DNA of 64,000 bases from Bacilli bacterium (GCA_017450215.1 JAFSVH010000014.1:473-64472), one strand, 5' to 3'. Shown: positions 46,722-58,200, numbered from the stretch's first letter. Made by a program: numbers and translations. The notes: generated by a model not told the origin, from the sequence alone.

Positions 46722-48140
46722 TTATTCTTTATCTTTAATAACAATATTAGTTTGGTAAAAAGCATCGCTTGTATTTCTAACATCCGTATTAAATGCAGTT
46801 TCTCCGCCTTTATATATAATATTTAAATCGCCCAAAAAACCAAAAGATGTCATTCCTAGCTGTTTCACACTCGATAAATCAATTTCATTTATATTGGTCT
46901 GTGAAAATGCAAAATCTTCAATAATTTTTATATTGTCATTTAGTATTACGTTTGTTAAATCTTCACAACTTTGAAAAGCACCATAAGGTATTGTATTAAA
47001 ATTTACAAATGATAAATCAGCTGACTTTAACTTAGATGTTGCAAAAGCATTACCAAAAATTCCACAAACTGATGAAAAATCAAAAGATTCTATCTTTGTT
47101 GCAACAAACGAACCGCCATAAATATATTTTAATTCACCTTCAATATTTACTTCTTTCAAATTTTCAGCGTGCTCAAAAATTGAATAAACAGAATCAATAT
47201 TCTTAGGAAGATTAATTTTTTCAATTTTTGAAATTGTAAATGCCTTCTCACCAATAAATAACAAATCATCATTCAATTTAATCTCTTTTAATCCATTAAC
47301 ATTATAAAATGCACCAGCATCAATATATTTTAAATTATCATTAATTAATAGACTTTCCAACATTTTATCTTTAAAAGCTAATTCACCTACAACAACACAT
47401 CGAGAATTAATATTAACATTTGATACATTATCGCTACAAGAAACAAGTGCATAATACTTATTATTTGATGAGCCCAAATAATAACAGCCATCATCTTCTT
47501 TATATTTGATTTTGTCTTTTACTTCATTAAAACCTTTAACACTTATTACATTATTATTTAATATAACAGATAATATGTGATTTGATTTAATATTTCCAAG
47601 TTCAACAAATTTACAATTTTTATGAATAGCAATTTTATTAGCATCATCACATGGGCCATAATAATACAAATATGGATTTGTCTTACTTCCCAAGTACTTA
47701 CCTGATTTATAAATATTAAATTCTATATCTTCCACTACATTTGGCCTAAACTCTAAATCAATATATTTAATATCATTAGGCAATATGATTTTTTTGGTAG
47801 GTCTAATAATTCGTGCTGATAAATAGTCCATAGAATCAGGAAAAACAATGTTCTCAGATGTATTGTATAATGATACATTATACATACTTTTAAGTTTGTA
47901 TTCATTGCCATCCTTTATAAAAATATCTGGAATATTTAATTCTAATGTATTACTTTCTTCTTCAATATATGAATTAATGATTGTGCAATTATTATCATAA
48001 TAATATACCGGGAATTTAAGATTTTCGGTATCAGCATCAATTTTATATATTTGATCTCTATTTGATGTAACACTAATTTCACAACTTACTAATACTAATA
48101 GAAATATGCATAATATTAAGCAAATTTTTTTATTCTCCAC
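46722..48140 (-). CDS. leucine-rich repeat (BspA-type) lipoprotein
   Basis: 472 aa. Signal peptide + lipobox LLVLVSC. C-terminal repeats such as LKEIKLNDDLLFIGEKAF, IEKINLPKNIDSVYSIF and LTNVILNDNIKIIEDFAF. Confidence 0.7.
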   Translation of the reverse strand: MENKKICLILCIFLLVLVSCEISVTSNRDQIYKIDADTENLKFPVYYYDNNCTIINSYIEEESNTLELNIPDIFIKDGNEYKLKSMYNVSLYNTSENIVFPDSMDYLSARIIRPTKKIILPNDIKYIDLEFRPNVVEDIEFNIYKSGKYLGSKTNPYLYYYGPCDDANKIAIHKNCKFVELGNIKSNHILSVILNNNVISVKGFNEVKDKIKYKEDDGCYYLGSSNNKYYALVSCSDNVSNVNINSRCVVVGELAFKDKMLESLLINDNLKYIDAGAFYNVNGLKEIKLNDDLLFIGEKAFTISKIEKINLPKNIDSVYSIFEHAENLKEVNIEGELKYIYGGSFVATKIESFDFSSVCGIFGNAFATSKLKSADLSFVNFNTIPYGAFQSCEDLTNVILNDNIKIIEDFAFSQTNINEIDLSSVKQLGMTSFGFLGDLNIIYKGGETAFNTDVRNTSDAFYQTNIVIKDKE

Positions 48141-49722
48141 GTATTATACCCCCTGGATTCTTAGTTGTGAAATATCCACAAACAACGCATTCATAACCAC
48201 CTAGTACAGCTCTATAAATGTGGCTCTCATTATAAATGTTTCCACAAAAATTGCATTCCAACTTATGTATATTCAAGTTGTAAATACCATTATAAACATA
48301 ATCATGTGGGCAATAATTGACTATGTGCGAGCAATTAATACATCTATAACTATTATTTTCTAGGATATAATTATGATGTGTAAATACACTTAAATTACAA
48401 GCATTACATACTCGGTTATGATTAAAATCGTTGCCCGTTATTTCATAGTATGTTTGAGATTCATGATGACAAACATAATATCCACATGGACAAAACGTCC
48501 CAGTACATTCACCTTTCTCCCATTGATAATTACTTGAATGAGAATGATTACCCAAATATTCAATTGTCATTGCATCATCAAACAGTATATTATTTAAAAG
48601 AATAATATGATACCCATTATTCCAACCACTATGTGCCATGAAAATATCATTTTTGTACCCAAACACAACCACATCATGAACAAAACTATAATGGTTATTA
48701 TTATACTCAAAATAAAGCATACATGTAATTACAGGTATTCCTGAATCTACTTTATCTTTTATGAAATTACCCACACCAGGTGTTGACTGATAATCGCATA
48801 TATAATTTGTATTATCATAAATGTAATCATCTGCAAAACTTTCAAAAACATCTATAATATTGTTAGCTGATGAGGGATAACTATTAAAAATAGAATAACC
48901 ATAATTCATTAATAACAACTTAAGTGAATCACTAGTTGTTGGACTATACGGCCAATATGAAGTATTTAAATTCGCATTTACAGGCAAATATGTGTTATTT
49001 ATTGACATTTTATACATAATTTGACAATCAATGCCATTAATAAGCATAGAGTCTGGTAACGTATCATCACTTTTATATGTATCTAAATACCCTAATAAAA
49101 TTGATAAAGCAACATATCCACAAGAATTTTCATTATTGTTAGGATAAAACCACAGATTTTTGAAATATAAATCATCATTTATTAAAACAAATCCATCTTC
49201 ATCAACATAAGAGTTGTCCCCCGCTTTACTATTTCTCTGTTGCATTGATTGAATTGTAACTCGTTCTTCTATTTTTTTCCTAAATTCAATATTTTCATCA
49301 TTTAAATGGTTGATATCATATATGTTACAGTTTAAAATATCAATGCACTTGTCATCAATTAAATTAAAATAATTACCATAACCAAGATATCTAGCATTTT
49401 TTGTATCAATGAGGCAAAAAGGATTGTTGCCATCAATGCTACCCTCAATGAACAAATCACTTTTCCCATCCCATAACATATATCCACTCGGATTTAAATC
49501 ACAAACAAAATAATCATTGCCTAAAAGGTCATTGATAGTTTTACACTCTTTAATTTCATATTCTTTTCCATAATATTCGTGAACAAACGCTTGCATTTTA
49601 TCACTCACAATTAAATATTTTTTTGCCTTAACATAATTGGAATTAGATAAAGCAAGCATAAGAAACAAAATAATAAAAACGACACACAAAACAGTCTTTT
49701 TCAAATTCTTCCCGAAAAACAA
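48130..49722 (-). CDS. secreted papain-fold cysteine peptidase-like protein (C10/C39-like) with Cys/His-rich C-terminal tail
   Basis: 530 aa. TTG start preceded by AGGAGGAAGG. Signal peptide. Candidate nucleophile block ENSCGYVALSILLGY. Candidate His block VHDVVVFGYKND..HSGWNNGY, similar in pattern to streptopain-type peptidases. Last 140 aa contain 13 Cys including four CxxC. Confidence 0.5.
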   Translation of the reverse strand: MFFGKNLKKTVLCVVFIILFLMLALSNSNYVKAKKYLIVSDKMQAFVHEYYGKEYEIKECKTINDLLGNDYFVCDLNPSGYMLWDGKSDLFIEGSIDGNNPFCLIDTKNARYLGYGNYFNLIDDKCIDILNCNIYDINHLNDENIEFRKKIEERVTIQSMQQRNSKAGDNSYVDEDGFVLINDDLYFKNLWFYPNNNENSCGYVALSILLGYLDTYKSDDTLPDSMLINGIDCQIMYKMSINNTYLPVNANLNTSYWPYSPTTSDSLKLLLMNYGYSIFNSYPSSANNIIDVFESFADDYIYDNTNYICDYQSTPGVGNFIKDKVDSGIPVITCMLYFEYNNNHYSFVHDVVVFGYKNDIFMAHSGWNNGYHIILLNNILFDDAMTIEYLGNHSHSSNYQWEKGECTGTFCPCGYYVCHHESQTYYEITGNDFNHNRVCNACNLSVFTHHNYILENNSYRCINCSHIVNYCPHDYVYNGIYNLNIHKLECNFCGNIYNESHIYRAVLGGYECVVCGYFTTKNPGGIIRGE

Positions 49723-49951
49723 AAAACCTTCCTCCTATTTAGTATTTTCATGAATTCATAAAACATTAACAATATTATCCATATCATAATATGCTTTAGT
49801 ATCGCAATAAATTTCAAAAATCTTTTTACAATGAAAAATACAAATAAAAATTTACAAATTATGAATTTAAATAATATAGTACTTACTTTCAGTAAATTCA
49901 ACTTCAGCATACCATATGATAAAAAGATTGGCAAGACAAATTAATAAAATA

Positions 49952-51544
49952 TTACTGAAATTTTATTAAGCAATAATTATCATCAAGCGTTTCGATAGAA
50001 ATACTAATGTTTACATCACTTCCATCGCTCCATTTAAGACTGTTAATTTCACCAAGTTTGAATAAATCACTATTTGTGCTATTACCACCTCTAGAAATAT
50101 TATCTTTACCATCGGCTTCAATAAGTTCAATTAATTTTACTTTAGATGAAGCATTATTATTTTTTGTCATATCCCATACACTTGCTACTTCACTATCGGT
50201 TATGGCTGCTGAAACATGATATAAAACAACACCAGGAATACTGAATAATCCTCCATATCCAGCTTCTAATTTGTTTAACCCATCTGGAGTATAAAAACTC
50301 AAAATATAATATTCATCATAAAATGTATTATTACATTGTTTGCATAAGATGATTGCATCACCACTATCTTGGAATTTTCTTAATTTGATTATTTTATTAA
50401 TATCACTTGCTTCATCTATAACTTCAGGTGTAATCCAATTTAGGATAGTTTTTGAATATGGATTGTGATCACCAACATTATTATCCATCATATCACATCC
50501 ACCAAGACCACCCATATTATAATAATCGCTATCATCATAATCATAATAATCGTCTAAACCAAATAAATGACCAGTCTCATGAATAAATGTTTCGCAATTA
50601 TATTTTATTTTTGCACCACTTCTTGGTTCTTCAAATAAGAAGTCATATCCAATAAAGCAATAAAAATTCGCTTCAACATTGTCATAATATTCGTAATCTT
50701 TTGTAAAATACTGATCAGTGAATGCCCACCAAATTGAATCACTGTCATATTCAACATGATGTGAATAAACAAGATAAATAGCATCAATATAAGTATCTCC
50801 ATCACTATCATATTCATCATAATTAATTGATGAATCAAAATATTCAAGTGCTCCTTTAATTATTTCATTTATTCCTTCACCATTATCTTGATAAGCAAAA
50901 TAAGATGCTCTTTTATTAGTATGATATACATCAGTTACGAATCCATCAATAGTAAGCTTACCATATGATGATTTTTGATAATAAGATTTTAGACTTTCCC
51001 ATCCAGTCTCATACCCAGAACCAAATAAAGCGGTCTCAAGCACTTCTTTCATATCATTTTCAGCTTTATAATCACTAAAATCAACCGGAATTACTAAGGC
51101 TTTAACTGTACCAATTGAGTTGAATCCTCGTGTTACGCCTTCATTATTATTAACTGTTTTTATTATATCATTAAGCCTAGTCCAAGAAGTAAATAATTCA
51201 TTATTAATCAAATCATTTGCATTTTTATCAATAATTTTTGCATATAATATTTTATTTCCATAGCTTCTTATACTTAAATATTTAATTTCATTACCACTAA
51301 AATTACTATTAAAATACCAACCCTCAAATCCTTCAACATCCAGCTTAGGAAGTACTACTTCATTCCCGCTTATGTATTTATTAGGATTAATCTCTACTTC
51401 TTTGTTATTAAGATAATATTTTATATTATATTCAATCCCTGCAAAGCTTATCTCTTCTTGGCTAACTTTATAACAAGATGATAAAAAGAGAAGGAAAAAT
51501 AAAGCAATAAAAAACATCATTCTTTTAAATTTAATATTTATCAT
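49952..51544 (-). CDS. lipoprotein M6-family (immune inhibitor A-like) zinc metalloprotease with N-terminal InlB B-type repeat
   Basis: 530 aa. Lipobox FLSSC. GWYFNSNFSG repeat. HExxH site FIHETGHLFGLDDYYD. VKALVIPVDFSD block typical of the M6 domain. Confidence 0.7.
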   Translation of the reverse strand: MINIKFKRMMFFIALFFLLFLSSCYKVSQEEISFAGIEYNIKYYLNNKEVEINPNKYISGNEVVLPKLDVEGFEGWYFNSNFSGNEIKYLSIRSYGNKILYAKIIDKNANDLINNELFTSWTRLNDIIKTVNNNEGVTRGFNSIGTVKALVIPVDFSDYKAENDMKEVLETALFGSGYETGWESLKSYYQKSSYGKLTIDGFVTDVYHTNKRASYFAYQDNGEGINEIIKGALEYFDSSINYDEYDSDGDTYIDAIYLVYSHHVEYDSDSIWWAFTDQYFTKDYEYYDNVEANFYCFIGYDFLFEEPRSGAKIKYNCETFIHETGHLFGLDDYYDYDDSDYYNMGGLGGCDMMDNNVGDHNPYSKTILNWITPEVIDEASDINKIIKLRKFQDSGDAIILCKQCNNTFYDEYYILSFYTPDGLNKLEAGYGGLFSIPGVVLYHVSAAITDSEVASVWDMTKNNNASSKVKLIELIEADGKDNISRGGNSTNSDLFKLGEINSLKWSDGSDVNISISIETLDDNYCLIKFQ

Positions 51545-51567
51545 TTTAATACCTCCTCTTTATATTT

Positions 51568-53364
51568 TTAATTAAACTGTGAATAATACAATTCTTTATA
51601 AAATCCATTCTTTGCTAATAATTCTTCATGTCTTCCTTTTTCTATAATCTTACCATTATTAACAACTAATATTAAATCAGCATTTTGAATTGTACTTAAT
51701 CTATGAGCAATAATAAAGCAAGTTTTACCTTTCATCAATTCTTTCATTGCATCCTGAATCTTAATTTCAGTTTGTGTGTCAACATTACTAGTTGCTTCAT
51801 CTAATATTAGCATCTTCTTATCTAGTAACATTGCTCTTGCAATAGTTAGAAGTTGTTTTTGACCTTTTGATATATTAGTTCCACCTTCAATTAATATAGT
51901 ATCATAACCTTTAGGTAAATGCATAATAAAATTATGAATTTTTGCTGCTTTACAAACTTTTATTACATCTTCAAGTGTTGCATCTTTTTTACCATAACTC
52001 ACATTTTCATATACACTACCATGGAATAACCAAGTATCTTGTAATACCATTGTATAATTATTTCTTAAGCTTTCTCTCTTTATATCACTAATGTTAATAC
52101 CATCAACTGCGATTTCACCTGAATCAATATCATAAAAGCGCATCAATAAATTAACAATGGTAGTTTTTCCCGCTCCAGTTGGTCCAACAATTGCAACCAC
52201 TTCACCAGACTTAACATCAAAGCTTAAATCATCAATTATTGTTCTTGATTTATCATAACCAAATGTTACATTCTTAAATTTCACATCCCCATTAGCATTT
52301 AATTCAGTTGCTAAAGGCTTATCACTTGGTTCTGGATCTTCATCAATTAAATTAAATACTCTTTCACTAGCAGCTAATGCAGATTGCAAGTCAACAAAGA
52401 TATTAGCAATTTCATTAATAGGTCCACTAAATTTTCTTGAATATAAAACAAAGGAACCCATATCACCTAAAGAAATCATATTATAAAGTGCTAAAATTGT
52501 ACCAAATATACATACTAATGTAAGTGATAAATTATTAATAAAATTAACACCAGGACCAGTAATTGAACCGTAATATTCAGCCCTATAAGCTGCTTTTGTT
52601 GCATTTTCATTATAGCCATCAAAGTCATAATTGATTCTATCTTCTTGAACATATGCTTTAATTGTCTTATTTCCTGTAATCATCTCTTCAGCATAACCAT
52701 TCATTTCACCTAAAGTAATTGATCTTTTCTTAAAGAACACTCCTGTTTTCTTAAGCATAAATCTAGTGAATAGTAAAGATAAAGGAATGGTAACAGCAAA
52801 CACTAAAACCAAAATTGGTTTTATCGTTAGCATCATAATAAGAGAAACCACAATTGTAATGAATGATGTAAATATACTAATGACATCACTTGAAAGTGAA
52901 GTATTAATTGTATCAATATCATATGACATTTTACTAATGATATCACCTACTTGATTAGTATCAAAATATGAAACTTTCAGTATTTGAATCTTTGCGAAAG
53001 CATCTTCCCTCATTTTATATACTACTTTCTTACCAATTTTAATCATTAATCTTGATAATATATAACTAAGGATCGCACTTAATACATAAAATGCCGCCAT
53101 TAATCCAGCCATCAAGAATACTGTATCAAAATCGACATAATGTTCTTCAAATTCATTAACCGTGTCCATTGCATCAATTGCTTTACCAAGCAACTTTGGA
53201 CCAATTAATGAAAATGAATTTGATGTAATTGTTAATATTAAAGCAAGGAACAAATGACCTTTAAATTTATAAAGATATTGCCATAATCTCTTTATAGCAT
53301 ATTTAATATCTTTTGGCTTTTGTTCGTTTCCTCTTTTACCAATTCTACCCATTCTATTATTCAT
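51568..53364 (-). CDS. ABC exporter half-transporter (TMD-NBD), canonical-Walker-B subunit
   Basis: Start at the ATG at 53364 (GGAGGTG RBS). Walker A GPTGAGKTT, Walker B LILDEATSNVD, but degenerate signature ISKGQKQLL. Confidence 0.85.
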   Translation of the reverse strand: MNNRMGRIGKRGNEQKPKDIKYAIKRLWQYLYKFKGHLFLALILTITSNSFSLIGPKLLGKAIDAMDTVNEFEEHYVDFDTVFLMAGLMAAFYVLSAILSYILSRLMIKIGKKVVYKMREDAFAKIQILKVSYFDTNQVGDIISKMSYDIDTINTSLSSDVISIFTSFITIVVSLIMMLTIKPILVLVFAVTIPLSLLFTRFMLKKTGVFFKKRSITLGEMNGYAEEMITGNKTIKAYVQEDRINYDFDGYNENATKAAYRAEYYGSITGPGVNFINNLSLTLVCIFGTILALYNMISLGDMGSFVLYSRKFSGPINEIANIFVDLQSALAASERVFNLIDEDPEPSDKPLATELNANGDVKFKNVTFGYDKSRTIIDDLSFDVKSGEVVAIVGPTGAGKTTIVNLLMRFYDIDSGEIAVDGINISDIKRESLRNNYTMVLQDTWLFHGSVYENVSYGKKDATLEDVIKVCKAAKIHNFIMHLPKGYDTILIEGGTNISKGQKQLLTIARAMLLDKKMLILDEATSNVDTQTEIKIQDAMKELMKGKTCFIIAHRLSTIQNADLILVVNNGKIIEKGRHEELLAKNGFYKELYYSQFN

Positions 53365-55093
53365 GCATTCCACCTCCCATTTGAGAGATATAAATGCTTC
53401 TATATTCATCAACACTTTCCATTAATTCTTTATGAGTGCCAATTCCTAGAATGCGTCCATCTTCTATCATTAAAATTTTATCACAATTGATAATTGAAGA
53501 AATTCTTTGAGCAATGATTATTGTACTAATATCACTATAATTATTCTTAATATTATTTCTTAAAATACTATCAGTTTTATAATCTAATGCACTAGTTGCA
53601 TCATCTAAAATTAAACAATCAAAACTTCCAGCTAAAGCTCGCGAAATAAAGATTCTTTGCTTTTGACCACCACTAATATTTGTTCCTTTTGGTGAAAGAA
53701 GATAATCATAACCATCTTCATGATTCAAAATAAACTTTTCGGCAAGGCTATTTCTACTTGCTTTAATGACATCATCATAGCTAACATCACGACCAAATTT
53801 AATATTATTTAAAACAGTATCAGTAAATATTGTATCATTTTGAAAGCAAGTACCAAACATATTACGTAAGCTGCTCGTATTAATCTCATTTATATCAACA
53901 CCTTTAATATAAATGTTTCCTTCCTTCACATCATAAAATTTCATAAGTAAACTAATGATTGTTGACTTGCCACAGCCAGTTGGACCAATGATACCAAAAG
54001 ATTCATTTTTATTAATTCTAAAACTAATATTTGAAAGCACATTTTCTTCGCTTGTATCATTATATTTAAAACTAACATCTTTAAATTCAATTAAAGGATT
54101 ATCGTTATCTTCGATATCAGATACTTTAATTTTATCTACTGTATCATCTAAAGTAGGAACACTAAATACATAATCAATACGCATTGCTGAAGCGGCAGAA
54201 CGAGAGAATGTAACAAATATTCTTGTAATTGTAAGGCAAGCATTAAGAATGATTGTGAAATAAGTCGTAAAAGAAATGATTTTACCAACACCAACAGCTG
54301 CATTGCTTACTCTAAAAGCACCAACAACAACCACAAACACTAAACCCATATTAAGTAGTGCACTCATAATAGGGCTTAATTTTGCCATAGCATTTCCTGA
54401 TTTTATTTCCAAATCCATTACTTGCTTATTAATCTTACCAAATTTCTCTTTTTCATATTCATTCTTTGATAATGCTTTTATTACTCTTATTCCTGTAACA
54501 TTTTCTCTAATCTCAGTAACCATTAAATCTAAAGTATTTTGAACTTTAGTAAATAGTGGAATTGCTTTTTTAGTAATTAAATATGATAACAAAATAATAA
54601 ATGGCAAAATAGCAACTAAAATTAGGGTTAATGTTAGATCTTGAAAAGCAGTAATAATGACTCCACCAATCAATAATATTGGTGCACGAACACCAATACG
54701 CTGCATCATACCAACCATATGATGAACATTGTAGGTATCAGTTGTCATTCTAGATATTAATGATGGCATCGTGATTTCATCATATTGAGATGAACTTAAT
54801 GTGTTTATTTTTTCAAACAAATCATGTCTTAAATTCGTAGTAAACAATTTACAAATATAAGATGCCATCTGATTAGCCCATACATTAAATAAAAAGCAAA
54901 TAATTGATGAAGCAATCATTGCTAATCCATATATTATTACTAGCCTTAAGTCTTTTGTTGGAAGAATTTCATCAATTATATATGACAATAGATATGGAAT
55001 AACTAAATCAGCAAGTGTTCCAATCAATTTAATTGTGAAGCCTATAAGCAATCTTAGTTTATAAGGTTTTAAATATCTAATAATAAGTTTCAT
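53357..55093 (-). CDS. ABC exporter half-transporter (TMD-NBD), degenerate-Walker-B subunit
   Basis: 578 aa. Walker A GPTGCGKST, signature ISGGQKQRIFISRAL, Walker B LILDDATSALD (Asp in place of the catalytic Glu). 8-nt overlap with the partner gene. Confidence 0.85.
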   Translation of the reverse strand: MKLIIRYLKPYKLRLLIGFTIKLIGTLADLVIPYLLSYIIDEILPTKDLRLVIIYGLAMIASSIICFLFNVWANQMASYICKLFTTNLRHDLFEKINTLSSSQYDEITMPSLISRMTTDTYNVHHMVGMMQRIGVRAPILLIGGVIITAFQDLTLTLILVAILPFIILLSYLITKKAIPLFTKVQNTLDLMVTEIRENVTGIRVIKALSKNEYEKEKFGKINKQVMDLEIKSGNAMAKLSPIMSALLNMGLVFVVVVGAFRVSNAAVGVGKIISFTTYFTIILNACLTITRIFVTFSRSAASAMRIDYVFSVPTLDDTVDKIKVSDIEDNDNPLIEFKDVSFKYNDTSEENVLSNISFRINKNESFGIIGPTGCGKSTIISLLMKFYDVKEGNIYIKGVDINEINTSSLRNMFGTCFQNDTIFTDTVLNNIKFGRDVSYDDVIKASRNSLAEKFILNHEDGYDYLLSPKGTNISGGQKQRIFISRALAGSFDCLILDDATSALDYKTDSILRNNIKNNYSDISTIIIAQRISSIINCDKILMIEDGRILGIGTHKELMESVDEYRSIYISQMGGGMHE

Positions 55094-55157
55094 TTTTTTG
55101 TCCTTTGCATCAATTATACTACAGATAAATAGATTTCTAAATAAAAAAGAAAAAAAA

Positions 55158-55188
55158 GAAGCTATAGCTTTAAATATACTATAGCCTC
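55158..55188 (-). terminator. terminator downstream of nifJ
   Basis: Minus strand GAGGCTATAG-(11 nt)-CTATAGCTTC followed by a T-run. Confidence 0.55.
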
Positions 55189-55218
55189 TTTATATTTAAT
55201 ATTATAAATTAATATTTA

Positions 55219-58200
55219 TTATTTTGCTTCTCCACTATAATCCATAGCTAAATAACGTTGATACATTCTGTATCTTCTTTGAGCTTCAGCTTTATTTACT
55301 TGTAATAAGTAAGCAGCTTTATCTGGATTAACACTTGTTAATTGAGCATAACGAGTTTCAGTCATTAGATGATCATTATATTTATCCCAATCTGGTTCCT
55401 TAGAATCGATTTGTAATGGGTTCTTTCCTTGCTCAGCTAATCTTGGGTCAAATCTTAATAATGTCCAATAACCACATTCAACAGCAAGTTTTGCTTGTTC
55501 TTGTGATTTAGCCATATTTCCTTTAACCTTTAATCCGTGGTTAATACATGGAGCATATGCAATGATGATAGATGGTCCATCATAACTTTCAGCTTCTTTA
55601 ATAGCCTTTAACATTTGAGCAGGAGATGCACCATGTGCAATGTATGCAACATAAACATGACCATAACTCATAGCGATAGCAGCTAAATCTTTCTTCTTTC
55701 CAGCCTTTCCACTAGCAGCAAATTTTGCAATTGCAGCAGTTGGTGAAGATTTAGATGCTTGTCCACCAGTATTAGAATATACTTCTGTATCAATTACTAA
55801 AATATTAACATCTTCTTGATTAGCGATAACATGATCTAGTCCGCCATATCCAATATCATATGCCCAACCATCACCACCGATAATCCATTGAGAACGTTTA
55901 ACGATGTAATCTTTTAATTCTAATACTTCTTTAGCACCAGCATATTCTTTTCCTTCAAGTAATGGAACGATTTCTTTTGCAACTTTCTTAGTTACTTCGC
56001 CACTCTTTCTGTTTTCAATCCATAATTTAGCAAGTTCAGCAACTTTTTCATCGCCAGATTCAACTAATTTTTCCATACCATCTTGAACTCTACTTCTCAA
56101 TGTTTCAGTAGCCATTCTCATACCAAATCCAAATTCAGCATTATCTTCGAATAATGAATTAGCCCAAGCTGGACCATGTCCTTCTTCGTTCTTGCAATAT
56201 GGACTTGCAGGATAAGATCCACCATAGATTGATGAACAACCAGTTGCATTAGCAACAATCATTCTATCACCAAATAATTGAGTGATTAATTTAACATATG
56301 GAGTTTCACCACATCCACCACAAGCTCCACTAAATTCAAATAATGGTTGAGCGAATTGTGAATTCTTTGGATTAGCTGTGATATCAACTAAATCTGTCTT
56401 ATATGAAACATTGTTGAAGAAGTATTCAGAATCTTTATAAACACCTTCATGATGTAATTCATCAACATTAACAAGTGACAATGCTTTCTTAACTGTACCA
56501 TCAGCTTGCTTCTTTCCTGGACATTGGTTAACACAAACACCACAACCAGTACAATCTGCAGCTGAAATAGCGATTGTGAATTTAACACTTTCTAAGCCTT
56601 TACCAACAGCCTTCAAATATTGAGTACTCTTTGGAGCTTTAGCTTCTTCTTCAGCATTAACTAAGAATGGTCTAATTACTGCATGTGGACAAGAGAATGA
56701 ACATAAGTTACATTGAATACAACTTGTGCTATCCCATTTTGGAACGAATGTAGAAATTTCACGTTTTTCATATGCAGTAGTACCACTAATCATCTTACCA
56801 TCTTCATATCCTAAGAATGCAGAAACTGGAAGATCATAACCTTTAACAGCATTGATTGGATTAGCAATCTTCTTGATGAATTCTGGTAAATCTTCTCTTT
56901 CTTTCTTTTCTTCTTTTGGAAGATTAGCCCATTCTGGTTTAACTTCAACTTCGATTAAGCCTTCAGCACCTTTATCAATAGCAGTGTAGTTAAGTTGAAC
57001 AATAGCATCACCTTTCTTAGCATATGATTTATAAGCATATTTCTTCATTAATTCTTGAGCAGTTTCATAAGGCATAATTTGCTCATTAAGTTTGAAGAAT
57101 GCAGATTGCATAATAGTATTAGTTCTATTTCCTAAACCAATTTCTCTAGCTAAATCAATAGCATCGATTAAGAAGAACTTAGCATGCTTCTTAGCAAGCA
57201 TAGCTTTAAAGCTGTTTGGTAAGAATTCAACAAGTTCATCAACAGGTTTAGTTGAGTTAAGTAAGAATGTTCCACCATCTTTTAATTGACTTAACATATC
57301 ATATTTCTCACAATATGTATCAAGTGAGCATGAAACAAAGTCAGCAGTTGTAACTAAATAAGTAGATCTAATTGGATCTGGACTAAATCTTAAATGACTT
57401 CTTGTAACACCACCAGATTTCTTTGAGTCATATGCAAAATAAGCTTGTGCATAATTATCAGTATTATCACCAATCAACTTAATAGTACTCTTATTAGCAC
57501 CTACTGTACCATCACTACCTAAGCCCCAGAAAATTAATTGACTAGCTTTTTCACCAGCAACATTAATTTCTTCTTCAAGTGGTAAGCTTAAGAATGTAAC
57601 ATCATCATTAATACCAATTGTGAAATGATCTTTTGGTTCAGCTAATGTTAAGTTCTTATAAACTGCAAAAATTTGAGCTGGAGTAGTATCTTTACTACTT
57701 AAACCATATCTACCACCAACGATTAATGGTGCATCTTCAACGCCATAGAATGCAGCTTTAACATCTAAATATAGAGGTTCGCCTAAAGCACCATTTTCTT
57801 TTGTTCTATCTAATACAGCAATTCTCTTAACAGTCTTTGGTAAAACCTTTAATAAATATTCAACAGAGAATGGACGATATAAGTGAACATTAATAGCACC
57901 AACTTTTTCACCTCTAGCTACTTTATAATCAACTACTTCATTGATACATTCATTAACAGAACCCATAGAAATAATTACATCAGTAGCATCTTTTGCTCCA
58001 TAATAGTTAAATGGATGATATTCTCTACCAGTTGCTTTTGAAATTTCATCCATATAGAAACTAACAACATCAGCAACTTTTTCATAATATTTATTTTGAG
58101 CTTCTCTTCCTTGGAAGTAAACATCATCGTTTTGAGCAGAACCTTTTTCTACTGGATTATTAGGATTTAATGCTCTATCTCTAAACTTCTTTACAGCTTC

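Noticed and set aside
49701-49934. 77-aa ORF in the spacer between the M6 protease and cysteine peptidase genes.
   Set aside because: The hydrophobic Phe/Ile/Leu/Lys-rich translation comes from AT-rich spacer. It overlaps the RBS and TTG start of the downstream gene and has no RBS of its own. I treat it as non-coding promoter/leader DNA.
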